NCBI GenBank assembly: GCA_951406725.2
Contig: OX597821.1
Coordinates: forward strand, 38,750,001-38,814,000
Direction of reading: 5' to 3'
Length of the DNA stretch: 64,000 nt
Source: Octopus vulgaris
Taxonomy: Eukaryota
A program made the translations under genes and the position numbers. Below are positions 23,652 to 36,330 of the stretch, in pieces (position 1 is the first letter of the stretch; every line of letters begins with the position of its first letter). Below the pieces are notes generated by a model. It was not told the DNA's origin. It saw nothing but the letters and a program-made list of their open reading frames with translations, and did not search any database.

Positions 23652-24261
23652 TAAATGTTATCTTGCCTTTAGTAATATAATTTTGGATACTTCCTCTCTG
23701 AAGAGGTTTGATAACTCTGTGTGTGGGTCTTTTAATATTCTTTAGCCAGAGTCCTTACAGTCCATTTGGTTCCAGATGCCTTGCAGTTAAGTAATTCTGA
23801 AACTTGTCTTCGCCATGAGATCCAAATAAATACTATCTTGATTTCTTATTCTGTACATCTTAATTAATTTTCTACTTCTTTCCTCTCTATTTCCACACCT
23901 TATCAATCTTGTGAGTTTCCATGTTGTATCTTTTGTTTTTAGACATTATTGTTTGTATTCTGCTTTATCATAATTTATGCAGCAATTGTTCTTGTTACAT
24001 TTACCAATCATACATTCCTTGCTTCTTTGAAGTTTAGGCTAATGTTTAATTCTGAGGGATTTTGTGTAAATCATACATTTGGTTCTTTTTCTATTTGTTT
24101 TTTTTATATTTTTTGAGTGAATATTCTCAGGAATTCTACTTTAACTTTGAGATCTACACTGTAAGCCAATTTAACCTTTAAATTAAGACTTATTTCATGA
24201 GGTGTGATGTTTATGGATGAAGATGGCTGCATAAGGAAGTGCCTATCTCTAATTGTGAAGG

Positions 24262-24667
24262 AATGAAGTGGTGAGAAAGGGGTCTTCAGACGTTGGGCCT
24301 AACGGAGAGACACATCAAGCTAAGCAAAATCATGACCATGCTCCCAACTCCCTCTCTCAGCTGAAAGGTCTTTGTCTTTCAAACTCAAGGCCGTTGGTGT
24401 CACATAAAAAGCACCTGATTTGCTGTCGCATAAAGAGCCCCTGTTCTGGTGCCATGTGAAAGCCACCTGTTCCAGTGCCATGTAAGAAGCACCAGTGCTT
24501 CTGCCATATAAAAAGCACTCAGTACACTCTGTAAAGTGGTTGGCACTAGGGAGAAACCATGTCAATCGGGGCCTGATGCAACTGTTTGGTTGGGCACCTA
24601 CTACAAAGCCGTCCAGCCTATGCCATTGTAGAAAACAGATGTTAAATGATGATGATGATGATGATGA
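24262..24667 (+). mobile_element. RTE 3' end with ~25-nt repeat array
   Basis: Repeats ending a(a/g)agcacc at 24393-24520, then agtacactctgtaaagtggttgg and a (GAT)n tail. Confidence 0.8.
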
Positions 24668-25850
24668 GGTGTCTAAATTTATTGCACAACTGCAATTTAC
24701 ATATGAACATATTGATAAATCATAAAATGAATTTGAATTGAAAGTGAAGAGCTTTATGAGTATGGCTTGGTATTATGTTTTTGCTAATTGGTTTAGTTTC
24801 CTGTGTAGTCACAAGTGGACATAGATACCTGCTCGACTGCCCTGTCCTTCCACCAGCAGCTCAAAGGAGAGAGTGAGAGAGAGTGATGGTGCCCGCTTTC
24901 AGCTGAGTTGACTGTGGCAACATGAAATAAAGTGTCTTACACAAGGACACGATGCACCTTCCAGTCTAGGAATTGAACCTAGGACTCTTAGAATGGCTCT
25001 TCTACAATATAGTTACTTTGTGTATTATTATTTATTTGAACCTGAATGTTTTGTTCTGCAACTTTTGTATCTATCTGTGTTATTTCGATGCCTCTCTATG
25101 TGGCACATGTAAGCACTTTTCCAAATTTCTTTTTGTTGCTGTTCCTTTCATTAAATAGTTGGTAATATCAGGTGCCATTGTGAATGAGTTCTGACCAATA
25201 GCATTTAAAACATTCTTTTAGTGCAATTTCAACCTGAAGTTGAAAGAGAAGAAACTTCTTGCTCATTTTCCTTATATTGTTTTCTCTTTGTATTATAAAA
25301 TGTTTGTTATACAACTTTACCCCAACCACCTCTAAATCAATGAATACGCTAGACTGTAATCCAGATTTTCAGAAGACAAGACCCCAAAATCCATTTGATG
25401 CTATTTACCAAAATGGTAGTCCTCATTTCATTGAAATTCTCACCTGCTGTTGGTTTCTCATCTTTCACTTCTTCTCTTTTATGATTCTTCGTTCTTCTAA
25501 TTTATATTTAATCTTCCTCTTTGACAATTGCCTGATAATCATTTCCATTCATGCCCTTCTTTGACTCTTCATTACTTTTACTTTATTTGTAAAGAAGAAT
25601 TCTGTCTCTTTACAGACTCTCTAAAACCTATGGAATTTTAAGGAACCTTTAAATAGTTGTAAGTCAACAGCTGCAGGTAAAGAAAATCAAGAGAATGGGG
25701 AACAACAGGTAAAATTGCTCTCCTTATTCACCATTAATAATCATCATTACTCATCATCATTATTAATCATTAATTATCTCTCTCTGCTATTGTTTGACTT
25801 GTGAGAAATAGCATTCAAATCCCTTTGAAATCCTACTCTATTGTCTTATA

Positions 25851-25886
25851 TATATAAATATATATATATCTACATATAAATATATC

Positions 25887-25950
<64 letters not shown>

Positions 25951-26112
25951 CCGTGTTCTTACTGAAGATATAAATAGATGAGTGTATTTGTACCTTCTAA
26001 GAGTTATACGTTCTAACACGGATAAATGAATGAATAGTTACCAGGACAGCAAAAATCTCACAAGTAAAGATGTTGTAACTCCTTGTTTATAAATATATAT
26101 ATATATAAATAT

Positions 26113-26198
<86 letters not shown>

Positions 26199-26230
26199 TG
26201 AGAGAGAGAGACAGGCAGACAGACAGAGAT
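25851..26230. repeat. (TA)n tracts enclosing a ~145-bp unique insert, followed by (GA)n
   Basis: Direct. Confidence 0.9.
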
Positions 26231-27282
26231 ACCTCTATGTGGAAGCTAGACCTTTCAGAATCAGCAGCCAAATTTTCTTCAAGTCCCCACCCTACACTTC
26301 GTTTTTTTAAAAATAAATACATTTGATGATAGGATCTTGAGAATATTGTTTCTGAAAAATACAAAAAAAAAAAAAGAGAAAAGAATGGATAGTCATGGCT
26401 GGATGGTCACTTTTTGATAATTGTTAAGCTTACCTGAGGGTAAGTAGCAACAAAACCCATTACTGTACTCCTCTTCCTCGTCATTCCCATCCACTTCGTT
26501 CTCCTCCTCCTCCTCCTCCATCATTGACAGCATCATTATTTGTCCATTATGTACAGCAGCAAGTAGAAGTAACAAATAAAGAAAGCTGGCAATTGTTCTG
26601 CTTTGACATAAACCTAAAATAAATAATTATAATTAACAGAATCCATTCAGAGATCTTTGAGGAACTTTGGAATTGGCACTGTAGCCAGATGTAACTATTA
26701 TTCTGGCCCTTTCAGCTCAATATTCAAAGTTGACACAAAATATTTTCTGTCCACAATTGTCTGTTGTCATTTGACCACAGAGATGCTTTTCTCTGAGAGT
26801 TTTGAACAATTTTCCTTTATACTTTCAAGAGTTCATTTCACTGACTTCCTCTGACACAAAATATCCATTTCCTTGCTTATTTAATTCTTAATCAGATTCT
26901 TTCATCTACAAATCTTTCTTTCTTCCTGCAATAAAGAATCTCTTGTGCTCACTGCTTCTTTGACTGGAGGTAATTTCTTGTGAGTGCTGCTCAAACAACC
27001 ACAATTCTTATATTTCCAAGAAAGTGGCTGAGAAAAAAAAAAAAAAGAAAAGGAAACAAAAAAACGAAACGAACTTCCAGTGTTGATAATCGAGGTAATT
27101 GCTTTCTTACTAATGTAAACCAATTGAGTAAGAAGTACAGATTATAATTAACAAAGAATTATGCAGCAGCAGCAGTTGTACATTGGTGACTTCATAAAAA
27201 AAAAACCCAATGGCTTTGTGTTTTACTAGCAGTGTTCATAACATTTTCCAGTAAACATCAGAGAAAGATAACACATATATAA

Positions 27283-27466
27283 TGTGTATGTATGTATGTA
27301 TGTATGTATGTATGTATGTATGTATGTATGTATGTATGTATGTATGTATGTATGTATGTATGTATGTATGTATGTATGTATGGATGCATGTATGTATGTA
27401 TGTATGCATGCATGTATGTATGTATGTATGTATGTATGTATGTATGTGTGTATGTATGTATGTATG

Positions 27467-27497
<31 letters not shown>

Positions 27498-27574
27498 GTA
27501 TGTATGTATGTATGCATGCATGTATGTATGCATGCATGCATGTATGTATGCATGTATGTATGTATGTATGTATG

Positions 27575-27605
<31 letters not shown>

Positions 27606-27696
27606 GTATGTATGTATGTATGTATGTATGCATGCATGCATGTATGTATGTATGCATGTATGTATGTATGTATGTATGTGTATGTATGTATGTATA
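27283..27696. repeat. (TATG)n tetranucleotide array of ~410 bp with CATG/TAAG variants
   Basis: Direct; explains the MYVC and HTYI ORFs. Confidence 0.97.
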
Positions 27697-27719
27697 TTTG
27701 TATTTTCTATTCTGTTTTT

Positions 27720-28030
27720 GTGCTATGTGCAAAGTTGAGACATCCTTTTGAGATGGAAATTGAAAGAAGCCCATTGTGTGTGTGTATGTGTGTGTGTATG
27801 TCTCCTTATTTTGATGTCATGCGATAGATGTAAACGCCTGTCATTCTCATCCATGTACGAGTGTCATTCCCTTTCAATGTTCTGCAAAAACATATCCGGC
27901 TGTGGGGGGAAAACATTATCTTTCTATGAAACAGAAGATTGGGGACAGAAAGGACTGCAGAAAATCTGCGTCAATAAATTGCATCCGATCCATACAAGCA
28001 TGAAAAAGTAGACATTAAAGTTGCAATGAT
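27720..28030 (+). mobile_element. Decayed SINE with CORE-like-family 5' part and RTE-like 3' tail
   Basis: gatggaaattgaaagaagccc...ccatacaagcatgaaaaagtagacattaaa; relatives at ~45320-45572, 52738-53308 and 57148-57780. Confidence 0.65.
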
Positions 28031-28310
28031 AAATACACACACACACACACACACACACGCGCACACACATAAACACACAAGCTTCTTCTATTTTCCATTT
28101 ACCAAATTCACTTAAAAGGTTTCAGTTGACCTGGGGCTATTTTAGAAGACACCTAAAGTGTCATATACTGCGACTGTAGCATACTTCTTGACCGTACAAC
28201 CTTGTCTGTGTCTTTATTCATTAGACAAAACTCTTTGACTCACATCTATTTCATAATGTTGACCTGAAAGGAAGTTTTAAAGTATTCTGTTCATTCCCAA
28301 TCTTCTTAAT

Positions 28311-28528
28311 TTCAAATTTTGGCACAAAGCCAGCAGTTTCAGGGCAGGGTGGGGTGGGGGTGGAGGTGAGATCGATTACATCGACCTCAGTGCTTGGCTA
28401 GTACTTATTTTATCGACCCTGAAAGAATGAGATGCAAATTTGATCCTAGTGGAATTTGAACCCAGATGGACGAAATGCTGCTAAGCACTTTGGCCAGTGA
28501 GCTCATCATTCTGCCAACTCACCACCTT
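28311..28528 (-). mobile_element. SINE, Meta-domain-like family
   Basis: ttcaaattttggcacaaagccagc...gtacttattttatcgaccc...ctgccaactcaccacctt. Confidence 0.85.
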
Positions 28529-31500
28529 CTTTGCCAGTCTTATTAAAACGCATTTTCCATTGTTACTTTTTACATAGAATCATATTAGCTTCTCATTCTC
28601 TTGCCAGTAGGAAAGCAGAGTTAAGGGATGAAATGATTTCATAATTACTTCATCAAAGATTAGACATAACAAAACAACAGCAAGGTGTTCACCATCAAAT
28701 TTCTGTCTTCTTTTGTCGTTTGGCCAAGTGTCCACTCCAAGATTAGACTGATGCTATTTGTGTAGTTAAACATTTATATTAGTTCTTAAAGTTAAAATTA
28801 ATCCACTTGAGTACTTACTTAATTCTAAGAGAGTCTCAACTGGTTAAGATAATAGGACAATCTGCCAAAGTGCAGGAGGTAAAAAAAGTACTACAGAGGC
28901 TTCATAGATGCAGCATATGCTGAACATTCTGCATGCTAGTTGCAATTGTATTGTATGTTATGATTAACTAGAAAAGAGAATCAGGGAGTTTTCCGGCTGC
29001 TGGCTTCAAATTTTTATTCTGCATGTTGTAAGAAGTTCATGTACTTCCAATGTATGAGACCCAAGAAGAATATAAGATCTTTTCCAGTAGTGTATTACAA
29101 CACCAATAACATAAAGTGTAACAAGACTTTATTCTTCAAATAAGCTATTGCAATCAGTGTAAGGTACTCGGTTGTAGAATATATTTTCTTTATTGATATT
29201 TCACAAGAGCAATAGCTTAAAACGTTTTTTCTAAAAAATGCATTAAAGTCAAGTGTTTAACCAAGAGATACACTACAAGGCCAGCATAAGTATTTGAACC
29301 CTAGATCCAATGAAATTGAAGCAACATTCGCTATGATTTAATCATAATATGTACTGGAGAGAAAATGCATTTTGGTTCAAGAAACCTCCTCATCCCAAGA
29401 ACTCTTTGACTGATTCCACAGAAAGAACTCGTTGATGTTAAGTACAAGTAATAAAATATGTCAGATGTAATTTAATCATTGATCATAGACACTATTTGCC
29501 AATGTTTCCACCAGGGTGCAATGTCAAGAAAGAGAGAGAAAGAAAGAGAGAGGGGAGAAAGTGAGAGATGAGAGAAAGAGAGAGAGAGAGATGTGTGAGA
29601 GAGAGAGATGTGTGAGAGAGAGAGAGAGAACCTCATGTCTAACAAAGCAGAATAAAAAATTAGATTGAGAAACTACATAAAATATGAATAATCATACAGC
29701 ACTATGAAAAATAAAAACAAAAAAAAAATTACTATACACATCGCAAATCCTCGTGTACATGCTTCAGATGTGAGAGTATACACACACAACAGTATTTTGA
29801 TGATACACAAGGGATGGATTGAGAGAAAGCTATTAATATCTAAAGTGATGTTTAATACAGCATAAGTTCTGATGGACAATATGATGGCTACTAAAATATC
29901 TGTGAAAACAAAAGATAACCTTGATGCACTCTTTAGAAGAATGAAATCAAAACAGTTGTATGTATTGGGAAATGTTCATTGCATAAACAAAATCAGTCTG
30001 AAAGAACCACAATCATAATACATTTGATGTTTGATTCAACACATGCCTCTTCATAGAAAAGTTTTGAGTAGATATTGAATGTCCAGAGAATTTGAAGTCC
30101 TTGTACATAATTAATGTAATAAGACATGTGATGCTTGGGTTATAAATTTGCTGGGCTCCTCACTGTCATCTGTTTAAATCATACCATTTTAAAGATGATT
30201 TATTACAATGATCATATATATAATTTTATGTTTCACTGTTTCATTTAACCACTCCCTACCCCTCTCAATAGAAAGTTCCAGAAAACAATTGAAGATTGGA
30301 CTGGTTGAAAAATAAAACATCAAAATGAAGACTAGGTATCATTCTTGAAGTTTATGCATTGATTGGGGAGTAAAAAATTCCTGGAATGACTTGAAGAAAT
30401 CTGATTTGAGAACACTGGCTATCCTAAATGAAGAGATGCCGAATCCTCCAAATATTCTTTAGTGTATGGGAGATGATAAACAGATATTGAAAAGGCACGT
30501 GGAATATAATGCCCTTAGCTTCTTCTGTTTATTACACATATCAGCCAACATAACTGAGAAATATAAAGATAGCTATCCAACTTTATGCTGTTTATAAAAA
30601 AAAATAAATACAAAATATATCTACTGTAAAATATAGTATTAGTTCTTGAAAATATTCATGTTTATAGAACTAACAGACTTACACCAGCACAAATAGCAGG
30701 AATAATGTAACAGTTTGGCACCACACTCTGTAAAAATATATTGGTAGAAACAGGAGAGTGTTTAAACTGAATATTTTATAGTAATTAGTTTGGTTATTCC
30801 ATTGCAAGGGTTCAAATCTCCTTCTGCTTTACTTTTTATTCTTTGGCAGTTCATAAAATAATGGAGGAACACACAATAAATTGATTGAAAAGATAAATAG
30901 TTTTCCCTTCAAAACTTGATCTTCTGCCAAAAAAAGAAGTTAAAAAAACAAGCATTATTGATGGAGGTTAGTTTACAGGAGAAACAAAAGAAAGCTGCAC
31001 TAAATGTGTTGGGTTCAAATACAACCAAATTTAAATCTGTCTTTCACTATTTTGTGGTGAATAAAATATGCTGGGAATGTATTTGCCTGACCATATCTCC
31101 TCACAAGCAGAACATTAGCGTTTTACAAGATCAAAGTAAATCAATATTAATGATGATGAATGATAAAGATCATAACGGGCAACAAGATATGTAAGGCTGG
31201 CTTGTAAAAGTGGATGAGATGGGAATGCCCTCTGGCAATGCTATCAGAATATTTATGACCTCTTATCAAATGTTGGCCAAATTGAGGTACATAGAATCAA
31301 GAATCCGACTGAGAGATTCAATTAAAAGACTAGAATGGCTATGAGCTTTTGATCTAAGAATTTGTGAGGTTCTAATTTAATACTTTATTCACTGATCTCT
31401 TTAAACACAGAGATATTAGTATTGTCTTTTTTCATTGGTACACATCAGCAAATTTTGTAAGGAAGCTGTACAAGTCAACTATATTATTTGAAACATGAAA

Positions 31501-31945
31501 TGCAGTAATTGAAGGTAATGACAGAAATATCCCTCTCATATCTAATTTAATATCTTTACACTTCAGAAATGAATCAATCTTAGTACATAATGGGTGATTA
31601 TTTTATTGGTTATAGCACAGTAAAACTCAAAATCAACTTTAGAAAGATTTAAATTCAAAATACGTTGGTGTGTCTCTGTTCACTTCAGGATGTAGATTCA
31701 GTTATTCCCTTGACTGAATTACCTGCTCTTGATTTAATGTGTCAATGGCTCAGCATTCTTCAAACATGTGTACTCTTAACATAATTCTCATGCAGAACCA
31801 TCATAAAAAAAAAGAAACAGTATATGACCTTTTCAATCACTTGAATTACTTGGTGGGCTTCACTACAGTTTCTGTTTACCTATTTTCCTCACAATGTCTA
31901 GATTGAGCTGACTCTATACAAAATGACATTTGTCCAACGTGTCAT

Positions 31946-32436
31946 TGATCATTGACAGAGCGGCCAACCGGCTTCCGTGCCAGTGGCACTTAAAGGGCAC
32001 CATTCAAGTGTGATCGTTACCAGCGTCACCTTACTGGCACTCAAGCCCCGTGCTAGTAAGGTGTTAAAAGCACCATCTGAGCATGATCATTGCCAGAGCG
32101 GCTATCTGGCCTCCATGCTGGTGGCATGTAAAAGACACCATCCGAGCGTGACTGTTACCAGCATCGCCTTACTAGCACCTGTGCTGGTGGCGTGTGTAAA
32201 AAGATTCGAGCGAGGTCGTTGCCAGTGCTGCCTGACTGGCCTCTGTAGCACTTAAAAAGCAACCACTACACTCTCAGAGTGGTTGGCGTTAGGAAGGGCA
32301 TCCAGCTGTAGAAACTCTGCCAGATCAAGATTGAAGCCTGGTGCAGCCATCTGGTTCACCAGATCTCAGTTAAAATCGTCCAACCCATGCTAGCATGGAA
32401 AGCAAATGTTAAACGATGACGATGATGAGGATGATG
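31946..32436 (+). mobile_element. RTE 3' UTR and tail with hairpin array
   Basis: Near-identical, in inverted orientation, to 4308-4795; ORFs 31977..32255 and 4508..4765 are almost the same peptide. Confidence 0.9.
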
Positions 32437-33352
32437 TCATGCAGTAAGTTTGAATCTGTGATATCATGGTTATGAAGCAAGCTTTTTAATGATTTGGTCA
32501 TACAACTCCTACACTCACAACATAAAGAATCCCTAAATATCCCCAGGCATGTGCTACAGCCATCTCTACCACTTCTGCCACTTACTGTCCTCAACTCACA
32601 TAACAAAAGTATTACACGAGATGAGAGTAGTGATTTGGCGAACTTATTGCTGCATCAGAAAACATATCATAAGGTATGTAGCCTTGTAGTTCAAATTCTC
32701 TTACGTTGATTTTTTTTTACCTCATTCTGAGGCCAATAAAATAAGGTACCAGTTAAGTACTGAGACTTCATTTAATTGCTTGTAATATTCCCTGAAATGT
32801 GCAGTTTGTGCCAGTGATAGAAATCAATATTGAATTTAATTCATTTGATATGAGAATAAAGTTTGGACCAATTTATATTATATTCTCCATATATACTAAC
32901 TTTTACTGAAAAGCAATAGACAGGGGTCTCTTTGTGTATTATAATTCATCTTTCACCATCAGAGCAAAGATGGGTTACATAAGAAATGACATCCACAGGA
33001 TATGCATTAAATAAAGCAAAGCAGGAGACATAAAGACTAGCACTAAGCAATTCCAGAAAGTTCTTTTGTGGAGAATGGCTGTCCATGACTCTTTCATCAA
33101 ATGCCAGAAAACTGTCTGACCACTTTAGGAACTCCCTACACCAGAGACGATAACATGTGTCTTTGAAATTGCCACAGTTTAATGTGAAAATGACTGCTGT
33201 AATATATCAGGTGATGTGTAAGGAGAGATTGAAAATATGGCTGGTACACTCTGGACTCACTTTTTGGAGGTTCCTCACTAAAAAAAGACCAACAGACAAC
33301 AAAGCCATATGCATTTTGCTCAACTACCCAATCAACAAGGGAAAACCTGTAT

Positions 33353-33541
33353 TTATGGCCCTACATGGTGTATAAAGTCACGTGTAGTTAATGCAATAAA
33401 TCCTACATTGGAAGGACAGTCAACATCTGGGTTTGTGGATACCTCAATATTGGTGGTTCTTTCACCCAAAAATCTCCTGAGAAAATGCCTTGCCAAGACG
33501 CCCAGGTCTTCATTACTGCCATGGAATGAAATGTTGGGAAC
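33353..33541 (-). CDS. Putative terminal coding exon of an unidentified host gene (62 aa plus stop)
   Basis: Strong acceptor ttttctttttattctcag, then phase-0 VPNISFHGSNEDLGVLARHFLRRFLGERTTNIEVSTNPDVDCPSNVGFIALTTRDFIHHVGP-TAA. Non-repetitive, GC above background, protein-like composition; family not recognised. Confidence 0.6.
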   Translation of the reverse strand, partial: VPNISFHGSNEDLGVLARHFLRRFLGERTTNIEVSTNPDVDCPSNVGFIALTTRDFIHHVGP

Positions 33542-34654
33542 CTGAGAATAAAAAGAAAATGGTATCATCATCATAACTAGCCAGACCAAACCCCATATTA
33601 ACAACAGAACTGAGCTGCATACAGATGATTGGCTATTGTAGCAATACTATCTGGGGCATGCCAAGCCACCCTCTCTTTATACACATACACACACATATGT
33701 GCACATGCGCACACACACACAGTAAAGCAGAAAAGCTAGCTGTTTCCTGAAGATGGGGTTTTATTCCTGAAATACCGAAATATAAGATAAAAGTGCAAAC
33801 TGCTGGCTTATTTCTTTTGTTTTACCTTACAACTCACATTGTTTTACCTTTTCATAGACATAAAAACATTTATTGTATATATTCACACACTCAAACATAA
33901 AATTACAGATCAAACAATAAAGGAACAGAAAACATAAACCATACAAGCTGCTATCATTTATATAATTTTTAAAATAATGAAAGGTATTAAGAATGACAAT
34001 AATCTAGTGGATAAAACAATATATATTGACCAATTTCAAATTTGACAACAAAATTATATTGTAAATGTAAAAAGAAAAATAAATCTATCAGTGTTAATAA
34101 TAAAAGAAGGGCAAAACAAAAGACAGAAGGTTTAAGACCTAAGCTCCAAAATCATTCAAATATATTTGTTTTACTATTATCATTCTACTGTCTACATTTC
34201 AATGTTAATTATTTGGGGAAAAATCATGCAACATTTATAAATGGTAATAAATTTTTATAGAACCAAAATGTAAATAGAAAACCAACAAGTTTTATGTATA
34301 TGCATGCATAAAGTTGTATATATTTATATACATTTATATATGTATATATATACAGATATATATATGTACGTATGTTTGTATGTATGTTTGTATGAGAGCT
34401 GGGTTAGAAAGAGCTTATGAATTCTTCAACATATAGATTGATGTTGTCATGAATATTCAAAAACTATAGATGAATTATATTTTTCCATTAAATGTTAATG
34501 AAACATATACATTTAAAATGAATTTGATCTATAATTAATTCATGTCTACAATGCACTAGCACAAAATTCTAACACATATAGGAATATCCACCACCAGTTT
34601 TCCTTCTTGGTGCGTGAATGAAATGAGAACCAATATGAAAAGGAGTTTACCACT

Positions 34655-34690
<36 letters not shown>

Positions 34691-35782
34691 CATATGTACT
34701 TGATTGTTTATTTGGTACATCTAATGTTGTTGGTCATTAGTTGATATGATTTTACAGTTATATCTATTTAATGATAATCATCTTTAATTACAGACACGTG
34801 AGGCATACAAGTGTTCTGCTCAGATTACTGGAGCTACTGTTTGTAATATCAACATCGCATTTTATTACATGTGATCATCAGTCATTGACCTGGTACCACA
34901 GATCGATTGAACAATTGCATTTTAACGAAACCTGTTGCTGTTTTGTAATATCATATTATTTAAATATTTTTGAAGTAGTCTTATCATTACCATAATTTTA
35001 TTTCCTTGTTCATATACAAATGTATATGCTTACATACATGCATATACACATGAATGCATACATGCACACATATGCACACAAACATTTATATATGCCCTCT
35101 CACACACTTGCATACATACATACATGCATACATGCAGACATACATATATAGAGAGAGATAAATTCACATACACACACATCCATATATATAGAGAGAAACC
35201 AACACACCCATACAAATATATAAACACATGTACAAATACACATTTGATATGATGTATTTAAACCACAACTACTTATACAAAAGTTTTGTTAATTTTTTAT
35301 TCAGTGCCTTTGAAGAATGTCTAATATATTGTTTAATTCAATGTTTTAATTATACAGCAACCACTGAAATAATGAAAACTCTTGAATTCCTGTGTTATGT
35401 TATTCTCCAGGCAATTTTGATGTTTTTGCATCAGAACTGAATATTACTGTTGTTGCTGTTTAGCTTTGGTCAGCCCTGATCAAGTTGACCACACCAACTT
35501 TGATTATTCTGTATCTATGACTACATAACTTAATACGCTATTCTGGAAGATGGTAGACTGATTGAAGGAGTGTATTGGTTATTTCTAGCAAGTTAAAATA
35601 ACCTCAGTGAGGTTCCATCATTAACTGTTCGTGGTGTTGTATGAAGTCGTAATTGAAGCGACCAATCATATTTCATTGTTGCCTAATTTCATACTACTGC
35701 GATGTTACTATGAAAATAGTGTCATACCTAACATGTAATATCCTATAAAACTAAATATGGTTAACAGTGAACAGTACTTCAC

Positions 35783-35818
35783 ATCATCATCATCATCATC
35801 ATCATAATCATCATCACT

Positions 35819-35850
<32 letters not shown>

Positions 35851-36330
35851 TTAACTTCTGTCGTCCATGCTGCATGGCAGTCTGATTGGACATGCTTTCT
35901 ACAGCTGGATGCCCTTCCTAGTGCTAACCCCTTTACAGAGTGTGCTGGACGCTTTTACAGAGTGTGCTGGACGCTTTTATGTGGCACCACATGGGTGCGT
36001 TTATGTGGTACCACATGGGTGCTTTTAGGTGGCACCACATGGGTGCTTTTACATGGCACTGCCATGGGTGCTTTACACAACCAGGAGGATCAGTCTTAAC
36101 ACTTCTGCTGTAGGGTACAGGTCTTCTTGAGTATGGCCAGGTGCCAGGTACCTTGGTTTTTTGTCATCTCACCTTCCTGTGGTCATTCATCAGTGCATCG
36201 TCCCATGACTTCCTGGATCTCCCACTGTCACATGTTCCATCCACTTTGAGAGATTAGCACTTCTTTATGGAGCTGTCAGCATCCCTCTGCATCAGATGAC
36301 TAAACCAGTGCAGTCTCCTCTCTTGCACCA
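35783..36330 (-). mobile_element. RTE 3' end with (CAT)n tail and 24-nt palindromic repeat array
   Basis: RRLHWFSHLMQRDADSSIKKC at ~36260-36325; array 35975-36075; tail 35783-35850. Confidence 0.85.

Larger units (their letters stand above)
20620..24060 (-). mobile_element. Decayed R4/Dong-like non-LTR retrotransposon, interrupted by a SINE and an RTE
   Basis: Minus segments 23653-24060 (NCKASG, compare NWKAPG), 21681-22090 (ITCLLLQWKL, ANDMVP, SIFQHDCLSPLFFVIAL) and 20620-21262 (NHCLFIDDLNLY, GYKYL) occur in collinear RT order. Confidence 0.78.

Noticed and set aside
27226-27827. Long ORFs of 127-182 aa here, and similar ones at 42351, 46285, 48319, 56354 and 63270
   Set aside because: They are translations of microsatellites (MYVC, YI, SL, HT repeats).
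33747-33790. CTGAAGA...GAAA hammerhead-like spacing
   Set aside because: Helix II is poor and there is no palindromic helix III, GUH triplet or helix I complement; at best an unrecognisable relic.
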